In this document: in pieces, positions 21,364 through 30,519 of the stretch
Layout of the letters: each line of letters opens with the position of its first letter
How positions within the stretch are numbered: position 1 is the stretch's first letter
Source of the DNA: a virus
Reading direction: 5' to 3' (one strand)
Virus record (IMG/VR): IMGVR_UViG_3300020578_000043
Location: 1-64,000 of that record
DNA length: 64,000 bases
Program-made: the position numbers and the translations under genes
The notes under the pieces: model-generated
The model's database searches: none
What the model was told of the DNA's origin: nothing
Seen by the model: only the letters and a program-made list of their open reading frames with translations

Positions 21364-22152
21364 TCAAAGCATCTTATAGGCTTCAAAATGCATTCCATCA
21401 GGTCTATTTGGAAACCATCCGCCCCAATAGAATCCATGGTCATAAGCTATGCCGACCAATTCTCTCACTGAGCCAGTGGCTCCCCGTAAAGCAGGTTGAA
21501 CGCCGAGTTGATTCCATTGAACGTTGATGTCAAACGCCGTTCCCCAGGCATGGTTTGATAAAGCTGTCCTTGACCCTCGAATGAATCTAGGAGCCCATGT
21601 TCCTCCCCATGTCATGATCAAGTATGTCAATCCTGCAGAGTGCCATGCGTCAAATAGATCAAGGAACTGTTTGGACAGCGCTGAATGAATCGTCACGTTG
21701 CCTGATTTTGAGAATCCAGGAATGCTCGTCAAACGTGGGATGTTGACTGTCGTGATGTTCTTCTTTGCCCAATCGCCGATGATCGATATTCCTTCTGGGT
21801 TCGACGTCGTCGGGGCAGGCGTGAAAGAGAACTTTCCAAACATCTTCTCTCTATCAATCGGATTTAGAGATCCATGATTTGGAGGCTGAGGCCAGTTAGG
21901 TCCATTTATGTCCGCCGTTGGATCATCCATCAAGGGAAAGCCACACTGAAGAGCAGCAGAGATCGTTTTTGAACCGACAACGCCATCAGGGGTGAGACCT
22001 TTCCTGTTTTGAAAGTACTTGGTCTCTGTTTCAGTAAATGCATCAAAATCGCCATTGACGATGATGTGGCTGTCTGCAACCAAACCCCTAAGGAAATTTT
22101 GCCACTTTTCGACCTGAAGGCCTGTCGAACCCCTGCGTAAGATCTGCATCAT
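21364..22152 (-). CDS. Endolysin: N-terminal peptidoglycan-binding domain plus M15-family Zn peptidase
   Basis: LRRGSTG..V..WQ..L and FQ...GL.PDGVVG..T (PG_binding_1); SNHAWGTAFDIN and WGG.F...DGMHFE (Peptidase M15). Confidence 0.88.
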   Translation of the reverse strand: MMQILRRGSTGLQVEKWQNFLRGLVADSHIIVNGDFDAFTETETKYFQNRKGLTPDGVVGSKTISAALQCGFPLMDDPTADINGPNWPQPPNHGSLNPIDREKMFGKFSFTPAPTTSNPEGISIIGDWAKKNITTVNIPRLTSIPGFSKSGNVTIHSALSKQFLDLFDAWHSAGLTYLIMTWGGTWAPRFIRGSRTALSNHAWGTAFDINVQWNQLGVQPALRGATGSVRELVGIAYDHGFYWGGWFPNRPDGMHFEAYKML

Positions 22153-22160
22153 GTGCTACC

Positions 22161-22382
22161 TCAGAATGTCGACAATGCCCTGATCGCAATCTTCACTCGT
22201 TCTCGAAGCTCTTCGGGTAGAGCAGACAACAAGACATATGTCTCAGGACGAACTGCGCTCTCTACCAAGCCACCAACGGTCTCTTGATTGCTGCGAGACA
22301 CCCCAACGTTGATCGCAAGAGGAGGAGCTCCGACTCTAACATGAAGCATCGGTTGATATAGATCTACTTTTTGCATGTTCAT
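22161..22382 (-). CDS. Hypothetical protein (73 aa)
   Basis: Start overlaps the upstream ORF's stop (ATGA coupling). Confidence 0.6.
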   Translation of the reverse strand: MNMQKVDLYQPMLHVRVGAPPLAINVGVSRSNQETVGGLVESAVRPETYVLLSALPEELRERVKIAIRALSTF

Positions 22383-22558
22383 CCCTTTAAGACGCCTTGA
22401 GGTTTATTTAGAGCTTCATTCAATGTCGCAAACTGTGTCTTCAATGACAACAATACTTCTTCTAGTTGAAACGTGTTCTCTCCCCTAGAACGAGCATCAT
22501 TGATCCTACCTTCAAGATCGACTATCTGTAATAACAGGTTTTCTGTTGCGGCTGACAT
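22379..22558 (-). CDS. Small coiled-coil protein (59 aa; not in the ORF track)
   Basis: Manual translation MSAATENLLLQIVDLEGRINDARSRGENTFQLEEVLLSLKTQFATLNEALNKPQGVLKG*; stop overlaps the next ATG. Confidence 0.65.
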   Translation of the reverse strand: MSAATENLLLQIVDLEGRINDARSRGENTFQLEEVLLSLKTQFATLNEALNKPQGVLKG

Positions 22559-22612
22559 GTTCGAATATTATTCTAATGTGGAATAAAATAAACTTCACCC
22601 TGACGGGGGAGC

Positions 22613-23011
22613 TTATTGTTTTGCAAAATCTGATGCTTGTGTTTTTAAATCAGCCAAAATTGTTGTTAGCGTAGTAGGCACAATTTCACCAGTCAGAATT
22701 TTTACAGCAAAACGAGCTAATGCCCCTTGATCTGTCGTGCTTAATGCTTGTTGTATTGCTGCTTTGTCAGCACCTGATTCTAGCCCCTTAACGTCTTTTA
22801 GTGCTGAAGCAAGTTGAGATGCAAGCTGATCATCTTTTAAAGCCGGTTTAAGCTTAGTTAAGATTTTATCTAACATTTGATCTCGTTTTTTATCCGCTTG
22901 AGAATCTTGTCCCATCCCAGGAAGAGACAATTGTTCTCCTGCTTCTGTCAATCTCTTGACTTGCGAATAGACCAACTTACGTAATTGAGCCTCAGTGATA
23001 CGATGCTTCAT
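22613..23011 (-). CDS. Hypothetical protein, possible internal head protein
   Basis: N-terminal ITEAQLRKLV...LTE leader; GGAG RBS. Confidence 0.7.
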   Translation of the reverse strand: MKHRITEAQLRKLVYSQVKRLTEAGEQLSLPGMGQDSQADKKRDQMLDKILTKLKPALKDDQLASQLASALKDVKGLESGADKAAIQQALSTTDQGALARFAVKILTGEIVPTTLTTILADLKTQASDFAKQ

Positions 23012-23049
23012 GATTAATCTCCGAAATGTCTACACATAAATACACGGAA

Positions 23050-23100
23050 AAATAAAAAACATAAAAACAAAAGGCCCTGGAGATAAATCCAGAGCCTTTG
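23050..23100 (-). terminator. Rho-independent terminator
   Basis: CAAAGGCTCTGGA-TTTATC-TCCAGGGCCTTTTG followed by T-runs on the minus strand. Confidence 0.8.
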
Positions 23101-23120
23101 TGATCAATGGGTCTGTGACA

Positions 23121-23564
23121 TCATAGACCGCTAATGACGCATGATCCGGATGCTGCCATCACCAAAAAGCTCTTTCCGTCGCTGACAAGAGCCACAGAGG
23201 AACCTTCTGCCGAAGCCAGTGCGATCTTGCTTCCCTGTTCGTCAGGTGTCGCACCGGCTTGACCTGCGAACACCTTAACACCGGCTGTCTCTAGAGACCC
23301 TGTCAAAGCATGAGCATGGGCAGATGTCGAACGAAAGACGAAGACGCCTCCAGGAACCGATTCTGCAGTAGGCATCACCATTGTGATCGCGGCTACTGAA
23401 GACGAAAGAGTATAAACTCCAGGCGATCCGATCGTCTCAGCCGCAGACTTTGCAACGACTGACGTCGTCGGCAACGAAGATAAAGAAAGCGAAGTGCTGA
23501 CTTCAAATCCGGAACCTGCCTGTTGAACCAAACCTTGTGAATCATTAACAACAACTTTAGGCAT
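23121..23564 (-). CDS. Hypothetical small beta-rich protein, possibly virion decoration
   Basis: Ser/Ala/Gly-rich 147 aa; GGGGAG RBS; own terminator. Confidence 0.7.
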   Translation of the reverse strand: MPKVVVNDSQGLVQQAGSGFEVSTSLSLSSLPTTSVVAKSAAETIGSPGVYTLSSSVAAITMVMPTAESVPGGVFVFRSTSAHAHALTGSLETAGVKVFAGQAGATPDEQGSKIALASAEGSSVALVSDGKSFLVMAASGSCVISGL

Positions 23565-23644
23565 CTTGCAATCTCCCCTGATACACCTTAATTATTCAGG
23601 GATCAGCTATTTTTTTAATCTTAAAAGATTTTTAAGAAAATCGA

Positions 23645-23860
23645 TCACAGCATTGATGCAACTTTAATCATCTCTTCAATGTCGTTGATAGATTTTTTTA
23701 ATTTTTCTTCAATGGGCAAAATGGCGAACGGTATGACACCCCTTCCGTCAACGCCGTTCTTCTTCCATGTAGAGACAGTGACCAGCAGACTCTCAAGGTC
23801 TTTTTTTGCCTTGAGAAGTGAAGCTATGACGACATGAGACTTGCTGACTATCTTTGCCAC
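23645..23860 (-). CDS. Hypothetical protein (71 aa)
   Basis: GTG-start ORF on the gene-dense strand. Confidence 0.55.
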   Translation of the reverse strand: MAKIVSKSHVVIASLLKAKKDLESLLVTVSTWKKNGVDGRGVIPFAILPIEEKLKKSINDIEEMIKVASML

Positions 23861-23893
23861 TGTTTCATTGCATAGGTATGCAAGCCATTATAT

Positions 23894-23932
23894 AAAACAA
23901 AAAAGAAAAGGAGATCGTATGATCTCCTTTTC
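23894..23932 (-). terminator. Rho-independent terminator
   Basis: Perfect 12-bp stem GAAAAGGAGATC-ATAC-GATCTCCTTTTC followed by a T-run. Confidence 0.85.
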
Positions 23933-23957
23933 AAGGAAGACTAAGTAAGTCTTGTGT

Positions 23958-24224
23958 TCAACGACGCGGCTTGCCAGTGAATTCGTAATGATTGCGAAGC
24001 AGGCGATACAACGTTCGTGCCTCGCGGCCTGTGAACTCAACCGTCTGTTGCTCAAGATCGATAAAGAATCGAGTTGAGTCGTTACGAGAATCTGTCGTCA
24101 CTGCAGCATTGAAACCATCATCACGACGAGCAGTCTCGGTTCGAAGCTTGCCAGTGCGATCAACACGGCTACGGATGATTGCATTCTTGTTCGTTGAAGT
24201 GTAGTTTTTCTTATTCCTTGGCAT
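23958..24224 (-). CDS. Small basic protein (88 aa) in its own transcription unit
   Basis: Arg-rich; GGAGA RBS; upstream promoter and downstream terminator. Confidence 0.75.
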   Translation of the reverse strand: MPRNKKNYTSTNKNAIIRSRVDRTGKLRTETARRDDGFNAAVTTDSRNDSTRFFIDLEQQTVEFTGREARTLYRLLRNHYEFTGKPRR

Positions 24225-24277
24225 ATAGTCTCTCCAATTTTTGGTTTTTTACGATCGGCTCATTTGATGCTTGCCGA

Positions 24278-24306
24278 ATGATAGAAGGATACTTTTACTG
24301 CATCAA
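24278..24306 (-). promoter_or_regulatory. sigma70-like promoter
   Basis: TTGATG-N17-TATCAT on the minus strand. Confidence 0.55.
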
Positions 24307-24347
24307 CATGTACACGATGAGAAATTTGCCTTAAATCGTGAAAGAGA

Positions 24348-25949
24348 TCATTTGCTGTTGATCAATCCTGTGATCATCGACACGGAGTTTCCATACTCTG
24401 AAGTCTTGTTTGAATCCCCACGCGCGGTGGCATATACCGCTGCAGTGGATGAGAATGATGACATTTGATCCGACGTCTTTGATGAATCATCCAATCCCGA
24501 AGCGGGATTGTATCCGACTGCATTCTTTCCTGACATTTTGTTTGCATAGACGTGACCGAACCATCCGTTCTTGATGTAACCCTTTGGATCCATCACGTAT
24601 GTCCAATTACAGGCATCAGGAGTCGCATCAGGCCATGTCGATCCTTGAAGCGGAGTATGGGGTGTGTCGCCGTATGCAACGAACACCGTACTCTGATCGA
24701 GTCGTTCCGTGGGATTCTCAGGATCAACCTGTTGAGACAGGTAGTTGTAGAATCCATTCAACACCTTGCCTAAGTGCTTCGTGGTATTTCTACCTTGGTT
24801 CATCAAGGTCATAGAATCAAAAGTAACGTGTGGATCAGTGAAGGTCGTGTCGCTCGTCGGACCAGGAGATAGAGCTACGATGGCTGTCTTGGACAGACCG
24901 AGCGTGAATGCCTTTGCAACGACGATCAAGGTTCTACCAAATTCTTCAATGCCCTTACGTTGCGCAGGAGTCATGTACGAAGAAGATGAGTTTAGACCGT
25001 CAATCATCTCTTGAACTCCAAAATCGATTAGATCTTGACTGGTCGGAGTCAACTGAGATGCAAAATTGAGACCGATGATCCTTGCAGCATTCTTTGTGAC
25101 TTGCATCTGCGGTGCCCACGAAGTTCTATTCGATGACTTACGAAGTCCTAGTAACGCCTTGTAATATACCTCAAACAGCTCTTGATCTGCCTTGGATGCT
25201 AATGCAAACTGACTTGCGGCGCTGTTGAACAGATCAATCATTCCTGTTGAACTTGGAACAGTTGCGACCTCAGGAGCACCAGGGGCTCGGCCATATTTCA
25301 CGGGATCGATACCTAAAACTGGAACTATAGCTGATGATCCAACTGCACCTAAAGATGCCAATGCAGCCTGCATTGAAGAATTTCCTGAAAGGGCAACCTG
25401 CGAGGCAGGAAATTCCGTATGGGTCTCATCCTTACCTGACATGAAAGCAGAGACAGGATACTTTGGAATTCCTGTTGCATGATCAAACCATGGAGCATCT
25501 GGACCGTAGAAGAATGACCTATCTCCTCCTGACCATCCTTTCACGCCGTTAGGAAGCGTTGGCATTACATTTCCCTTGCCCCATGTATAAGTTCCTCTGT
25601 ATCCGTTAGCCGGATTGTATCCATATTGTTGTGTGTACAGGTAGGAAGAGAATCCACCGAAGTTAGAAGTCAATCCTGAGACGTTGGCATTTTGACATGC
25701 CTTGAAACCAACATCTGCGACAGGCCATAACTCTTGAAACCAAGCTTGTGAACCGTTCGGGGCAGGTACGAGCAATGATCGTCCGTATGTCGATCCTGCA
25801 GCTTCTGCTAGACCTGTGCCTCCCTCATCAGAAAGAAAATTCAGCAAATCTGACCTTGATATTCCCACTGCTGCGGCCATCACACCGCACATCTTTAAAA
25901 AGCTTCTTCTGCGGTCGTTGCGTAGGTCCTTTAGCTTCCAATTGGTCAT
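24348..25949 (-). CDS. Tat-exported protein, DUF1501/DUF1552-like
   Basis: Twin-arginine signal RRRSFLK plus h-region and AEA site; FTDPH and TVFVAYGDTPHTP resemble the DUF1501 WDTH and SEFGRTP motifs. Confidence 0.65.
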   Translation of the reverse strand: MTNWKLKDLRNDRRRSFLKMCGVMAAAVGISRSDLLNFLSDEGGTGLAEAAGSTYGRSLLVPAPNGSQAWFQELWPVADVGFKACQNANVSGLTSNFGGFSSYLYTQQYGYNPANGYRGTYTWGKGNVMPTLPNGVKGWSGGDRSFFYGPDAPWFDHATGIPKYPVSAFMSGKDETHTEFPASQVALSGNSSMQAALASLGAVGSSAIVPVLGIDPVKYGRAPGAPEVATVPSSTGMIDLFNSAASQFALASKADQELFEVYYKALLGLRKSSNRTSWAPQMQVTKNAARIIGLNFASQLTPTSQDLIDFGVQEMIDGLNSSSSYMTPAQRKGIEEFGRTLIVVAKAFTLGLSKTAIVALSPGPTSDTTFTDPHVTFDSMTLMNQGRNTTKHLGKVLNGFYNYLSQQVDPENPTERLDQSTVFVAYGDTPHTPLQGSTWPDATPDACNWTYVMDPKGYIKNGWFGHVYANKMSGKNAVGYNPASGLDDSSKTSDQMSSFSSTAAVYATARGDSNKTSEYGNSVSMITGLINSK

Positions 25950-25961
25950 TTGTTCTCTCCG

Positions 25962-26993
25962 TTATTGACAAGAATGAGCAGCGCTTAACAGCGTTGCGAC
26001 GGCAATGACTCGTTTCTTTGTTAGATCAGATGAGTCACCCACCTTCGCCTTTTGAACGATCAAGTTGCATAACAACATGTGATCATCAGTCGCCGGGATA
26101 CCTATGAGGCAGCTTACTGTCTCTTCGACGCATGATCCGTCAGCAGGATCGAACATGGGTCTATTCTTTCCACCCAACGTGCATGCTGGTGCTTTAGAAG
26201 GATCACCAATGTTTGCAATGATCTGCGGAGCGGATTGAATGAACACGTCCATCATTTTCATTGCAGATGCAGTTGAATGCTCTTCTTTTTCTCCAAGACG
26301 AGAATCAAGCTTGGGATATCCCAATGCATCCTTAGCTGTGAAGTACAAGTAGCCTGCCGTTGACGGTTTAGATACACAATACCCATCGGCTGCATCTGGT
26401 GAGTTGTTTCCGACATCGAGGCAACCTCTGTTGTTCTGATTGAGCTTGTCGTCTTGGTTGCAGAAGCAAGACTCATTTGCTGGGCAAAGCGGATCATTTG
26501 TGCCGTTGGCGTCAGTCACAGCCATCTCGCATGCCGCGCCGCTACCACCGAAGATGCTACCTAACGTCATCGTCTGACCAAAGACGCTGACTTGCGTCGT
26601 ACGAACATCTGAGACATTTCCAGGAGGAATGCTGACCCCTCTGCTTCTCAAGAACGTTCCGAGCTGGGCATAAGAGGGTTTACGACATCCATGCAATCTT
26701 GACATGATCTCATCAGCAGCAGGAACTTCAAATTGAGGAAGAGGATCACTCATCCCAGTTCCTGTTGAGACCGTCGCCTGAGGGGTTTCTGAAGATCCTC
26801 CCATTCCGCTTGTAGTGGACGACGAAGTGACTGCTATGACAGTCGAGTCAGTCACATGTTGAGGGTCTTCAACGCTTGGACAGTCATTTGCTCCAACGTC
26901 AGGTGCCGTTGATCCGCAAGAATTGACCCATAAAAATGTTGCAAATACTCCAAGCAGTGACCATAACAGGTTTTTTGTACGTTTTTTTTGCAT
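25962..26993 (-). CDS. Cys-rich lipoprotein
   Basis: Basic N-terminus, h-region, lipobox VNSC; Ser/Thr/Gly linker; 14 Cys. Confidence 0.7.
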   Translation of the reverse strand: MQKKRTKNLLWSLLGVFATFLWVNSCGSTAPDVGANDCPSVEDPQHVTDSTVIAVTSSSTTSGMGGSSETPQATVSTGTGMSDPLPQFEVPAADEIMSRLHGCRKPSYAQLGTFLRSRGVSIPPGNVSDVRTTQVSVFGQTMTLGSIFGGSGAACEMAVTDANGTNDPLCPANESCFCNQDDKLNQNNRGCLDVGNNSPDAADGYCVSKPSTAGYLYFTAKDALGYPKLDSRLGEKEEHSTASAMKMMDVFIQSAPQIIANIGDPSKAPACTLGGKNRPMFDPADGSCVEETVSCLIGIPATDDHMLLCNLIVQKAKVGDSSDLTKKRVIAVATLLSAAHSCQ

Positions 26994-26996
26994 GGC

Positions 26997-28475
26997 TTAG
27001 AACCTCGTGAAGTCATCTGAAATCAGGACCGTGCGTAGTACCTGTTTTAAGTTATATCCGTTACCCTTAAATTGTGCAACTAGCTTGGACAACGTCACAA
27101 TCTCAGGATTCGGATCCTTCCTATCAGGTAGACTCACCCAGGATCGACCACCCACCTCGGTGATGTCAGGTCGTCCCATTGCATAGTTCCACGCTCGTTT
27201 CACCGCACATTCGATGACCTCATCGTCTTTAGACATCCGTTGACCTAACTCTGTAAGGTTTGACGCAGATCCAGACGTCTCAATGCCGTCGACCCTCATC
27301 ATCTTCTTCCATGCAGTTCCGTTCTGGCCACCGTTTGGGCATTTTGAAGGTTCGATGCACAACCAATCGGACAACTTTGCTCGAGGTGAACCGTTCACCG
27401 GAACGAACACCGAGTATTCCCCTGCTGGTGTCAACATCTGGAAGATTCCCTTTGAGTCAAATTGGCTGAACAAGGGCGCTCTGTGATTCCACGTTGAGTG
27501 ACAGTTGGCGCAGACGTTGCTAGAATTGTAATCATGAAAATCTACCCGACCTCCGTTACACTTACCAGCAATCTCGTTAACGGGCCACTTATTGTTGTAC
27601 CCAGGAATGGATTTTTGATCTCCGCACGGTGGATCAACCGGAGGTTGATCGGTCGGCTCACCGCCTGATTGTTCATTACCGTTTTTGCACAGGAATGTCT
27701 CATGAAAGAAACGATTCCTCCTGAAGGACAGGTTGCCGTAGTACAGGCTTTGAGCACCAGGATCTGTCAAGATTCCTGAATGATTCATCCCGGCAGGAAG
27801 ATTGCTACAAGACCCATCAACAAAGGTGTTGCTTGCAGGATTAAAAGTAGGACATGTATTAGACTGTTGAGTGAGGATGTTACGCCAATCTTTTCCTTCA
27901 TAGACGACCTTTGCCGCAAATGATGGAGCAGTGTCACGAGTCGGTTCACCTGCCGTCGTCGATGCACCGCCCATCTTGAACGTATATTTGAAGAACTCGA
28001 CCAGAGTCGCAGCGAACCGCGGATCGGCAAGCTTCTTATCGATCAATTCCTCATACTTCGCAGCCTGCACGTCGGGAGGAAGATCACCGAGTTCATAGAT
28101 CTCTGACAACGTCGGGACATCTCCAACTAGAAGAATGCTAGCCGTACGAAGAGCTTCTGAGTAGTCGGTTTCCCTTTCGTCTAGTTCTGTCATCTCTTGC
28201 TTCTGTTCTTGACTCGAACCTGTCGAAACCGTCGTCGTCGAGGGTGAGGTCGTGACGCCTGACACTGTCTCTGCAGAAGTTGAAGCGACGGTCGTCTGGG
28301 ATGAGACGTCAGACGTCGAAGGGACATGCGGGGTGGGACAATCTTCAAAGACAGCCGACGTGTCGCCGGCCAGCTTGTAAGGATTCTGACGTTCACAACC
28401 GTAGATCGACAAGGTACTTGCAAGACCAACCGAGATCAATCCATGCTTGATGATATCTTTCTTTTCCATAGCCAT
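26997..28475 (-). CDS. Lipoprotein with c-type heme motif, DUF1549/DUF1588/DUF1585-like (planctomycete/myxobacterial cytochrome c type)
   Basis: Lipobox IYGC, Ser/Thr linker, LRTASILLVGDVPT, YEELIDKKLADPRF, GILT, CANCH, C.VKRAWNYAMGR, F...GYNLKQVLR.V..SDDF. Confidence 0.72.
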   Translation of the reverse strand: MAMEKKDIIKHGLISVGLASTLSIYGCERQNPYKLAGDTSAVFEDCPTPHVPSTSDVSSQTTVASTSAETVSGVTTSPSTTTVSTGSSQEQKQEMTELDERETDYSEALRTASILLVGDVPTLSEIYELGDLPPDVQAAKYEELIDKKLADPRFAATLVEFFKYTFKMGGASTTAGEPTRDTAPSFAAKVVYEGKDWRNILTQQSNTCPTFNPASNTFVDGSCSNLPAGMNHSGILTDPGAQSLYYGNLSFRRNRFFHETFLCKNGNEQSGGEPTDQPPVDPPCGDQKSIPGYNNKWPVNEIAGKCNGGRVDFHDYNSSNVCANCHSTWNHRAPLFSQFDSKGIFQMLTPAGEYSVFVPVNGSPRAKLSDWLCIEPSKCPNGGQNGTAWKKMMRVDGIETSGSASNLTELGQRMSKDDEVIECAVKRAWNYAMGRPDITEVGGRSWVSLPDRKDPNPEIVTLSKLVAQFKGNGYNLKQVLRTVLISDDFTRF

Positions 28476-28611
28476 ATAGACATAGGTACCACAAGAATTA
28501 AAAAAGTATAAATCTGATGTAAACCACGGCGGATTTTATCCGATTTTTCTAGAAAGATCGTCACGTCATCTTAGCAGAAGATGATGAGCAGTGTCGGCCA
28601 CATGCGACACA

Positions 28612-29031
28612 TTATTTCTGCGCGCGGAAGGCGATCGCCTTGACTTCGTCGAGCCACTTCAGAAATAGTTCGCCCGGGCCAACAGGTACATCTGGACCAC
28701 CAGGTTTACTTTGGACCTTCGGGCTGTTTCTATTGACGGCAGCTTCTAAAGCCGCGATATAATTTTCTTTATAATTTTTAATCTCATTTTCATCTTTGTT
28801 TTCATCTTTGGCCATGGTCTCGATGTCTTCGAGCGTCTCGTTGATGCTGTTGGTAAGATAATTGGAAAGGTCTTCATCACTCAAGTCGGGTGAGTACATG
28901 TCAAAGAAGCTTCGCCATAGTTCATTTGCGTCTTTATCCAACAATTGATTGATTGGATCGATACGATCTTCACCTTCATTAACAAACCTTCGCCAGCCCT
29001 CAAATAGAACTTTCATGTCTGCGTTTTTCAT
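28612..29031 (-). CDS. Hypothetical protein, possible internal head protein
   Basis: N-terminal MKVLFEGWRRFVNE leader; acidic. Confidence 0.65.
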   Translation of the reverse strand: MKNADMKVLFEGWRRFVNEGEDRIDPINQLLDKDANELWRSFFDMYSPDLSDEDLSNYLTNSINETLEDIETMAKDENKDENEIKNYKENYIAALEAAVNRNSPKVQSKPGGPDVPVGPGELFLKWLDEVKAIAFRAQK

Positions 29032-29064
29032 ATTGATTATATATACTCACCCCAGGAGACAACA

Positions 29065-30492
29065 TCACGATAAATCGATGACGTATATGTGTGATCCACA
29101 TCCATAAATCCTTGAGACTCTCGCCTCAATTTCAATCTGACGTTCTGACTTACCACCTTTTGCTCTAAACTTGAACCTATCGTAACGAAGTTGGTTATCA
29201 GTGTACCAATAATCTATAGTCGTTGATCCTAGAAAAGAAAACCCTACAGATTTATATCCGCCCCCTTCTCCCACACGTCTATCGACGTACGTCATGATTC
29301 CGCGGTATCCGTTTTTTGCACACCACTCTTTGGCGCGTTTCACCAGCTTAGACAAGCCTCCAGGAACAGAGGTCGCTATAGCCGTGCTGTACCGAGCAAT
29401 TTCTAGGTAACCTTCGTACTTCTTACCGTTCCTCGGAGCACGAAGCGACAGGGCAGCAACGACGATACCGTTCTTATCTCTCAAGCCCCACGTTACCTTG
29501 GACGGGACGTATCCTGCGATGTGCGTAGAATCGAAGAAAGACCTTTGTTCTTGCGTGTTTAATTCGACGACTCTTGTTGACCACGTCTTACACCTGTGAC
29601 GATCCATGACGAGGCGGTGGCGGATCATTGACTCGCATATCGTTCGCTTGTCTCGCCACTCGTCCTCAAAGATCTGCAGCAATTTTATGCCGTTCTTCGC
29701 AGCGAGGACGGATTTTTCTAGATGCTTGTTCTTATCAAAAACCTCTTGTTTAGAACCTTCGCTGTGCCAGTACAACCCATGACACTCTATCCCAAATTTT
29801 TTGGAAGGAACATACACGTCGATTTCCTTCGGAGACATCGCCTTCTTATCACCTGATATCACATCAGGTGCTAGCGATTGGACGAATGTGAACACCTCTA
29901 GTTCCCAATTGGACTTGCTGAATGGGTGGCACTTATAACACCTGCTTCCTCTTTCAAATGCCTGCAGGGTCTTTGGCTGAACTTCTCCACATCGATTACA
30001 TTGAAACTTAAGGTACTGCTCTTGCCGAGAGATGTATTCTTCTAACGGAGTAATGAGGATGAACTCAGATTGCCTCTCCAATAATCTTTCTTTTAGCGTA
30101 GATGTTTCCAACATCTTACTTAAGCTAAGTTTTTCTAGGGTCTCTCGTGTATGGCGGCGACCATAGAATGGGTTACCTTCGCCTGTCATTGATTCAGACT
30201 GGCGCTTTATCCTCGGATCTGTATCCTTAGTTTGCCCCTTATTCCAAGCTTCGGCCTTTCCGCCACGGGCTCCGCCTTCTTTCATAGCGAGACGGGAATG
30301 GTCTTTGCAGAATCTTTTAAAAGAAAAAGAAACGTATCTGACGGAGGATGAACACACTTCGCAAACAGGTTTTTTACCTCCGTGGTATACTTCAACAGTG
30401 TAATCCTCTGATGACAGACCGTGAATTGACCTGATGTGGTTTGTCAGTTTCTTTGCATCATCATGTCGAAAGTCACATAGCCTACAGTCCAT
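29065..30492 (-). CDS. Free-standing Hef-like homing endonuclease (Zn finger, NUMOD3, Vsr/DUF559-like nuclease, GNAT-like C-terminus)
   Basis: CRLC..HIRSIH C2H2 finger; AWNKG and GEGNPFYGRRHT; EIDVYVP..KFGIECHGLYWHS; IFEDEW. Confidence 0.75.
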   Translation of the reverse strand: MDCRLCDFRHDDAKKLTNHIRSIHGLSSEDYTVEVYHGGKKPVCEVCSSSVRYVSFSFKRFCKDHSRLAMKEGGARGGKAEAWNKGQTKDTDPRIKRQSESMTGEGNPFYGRRHTRETLEKLSLSKMLETSTLKERLLERQSEFILITPLEEYISRQEQYLKFQCNRCGEVQPKTLQAFERGSRCYKCHPFSKSNWELEVFTFVQSLAPDVISGDKKAMSPKEIDVYVPSKKFGIECHGLYWHSEGSKQEVFDKNKHLEKSVLAAKNGIKLLQIFEDEWRDKRTICESMIRHRLVMDRHRCKTWSTRVVELNTQEQRSFFDSTHIAGYVPSKVTWGLRDKNGIVVAALSLRAPRNGKKYEGYLEIARYSTAIATSVPGGLSKLVKRAKEWCAKNGYRGIMTYVDRRVGEGGGYKSVGFSFLGSTTIDYWYTDNQLRYDRFKFRAKGGKSERQIEIEARVSRIYGCGSHIYVIDLS

Positions 30493-30519
30493 GTCATTAC
30501 ACCCTTATATGGACTATAT

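Noticed and set aside
28495-28523. sigma70 promoter for the envelope operon (TTTACA-N17-TAATTC)
   Set aside because: The -10 match is too poor to support a call.
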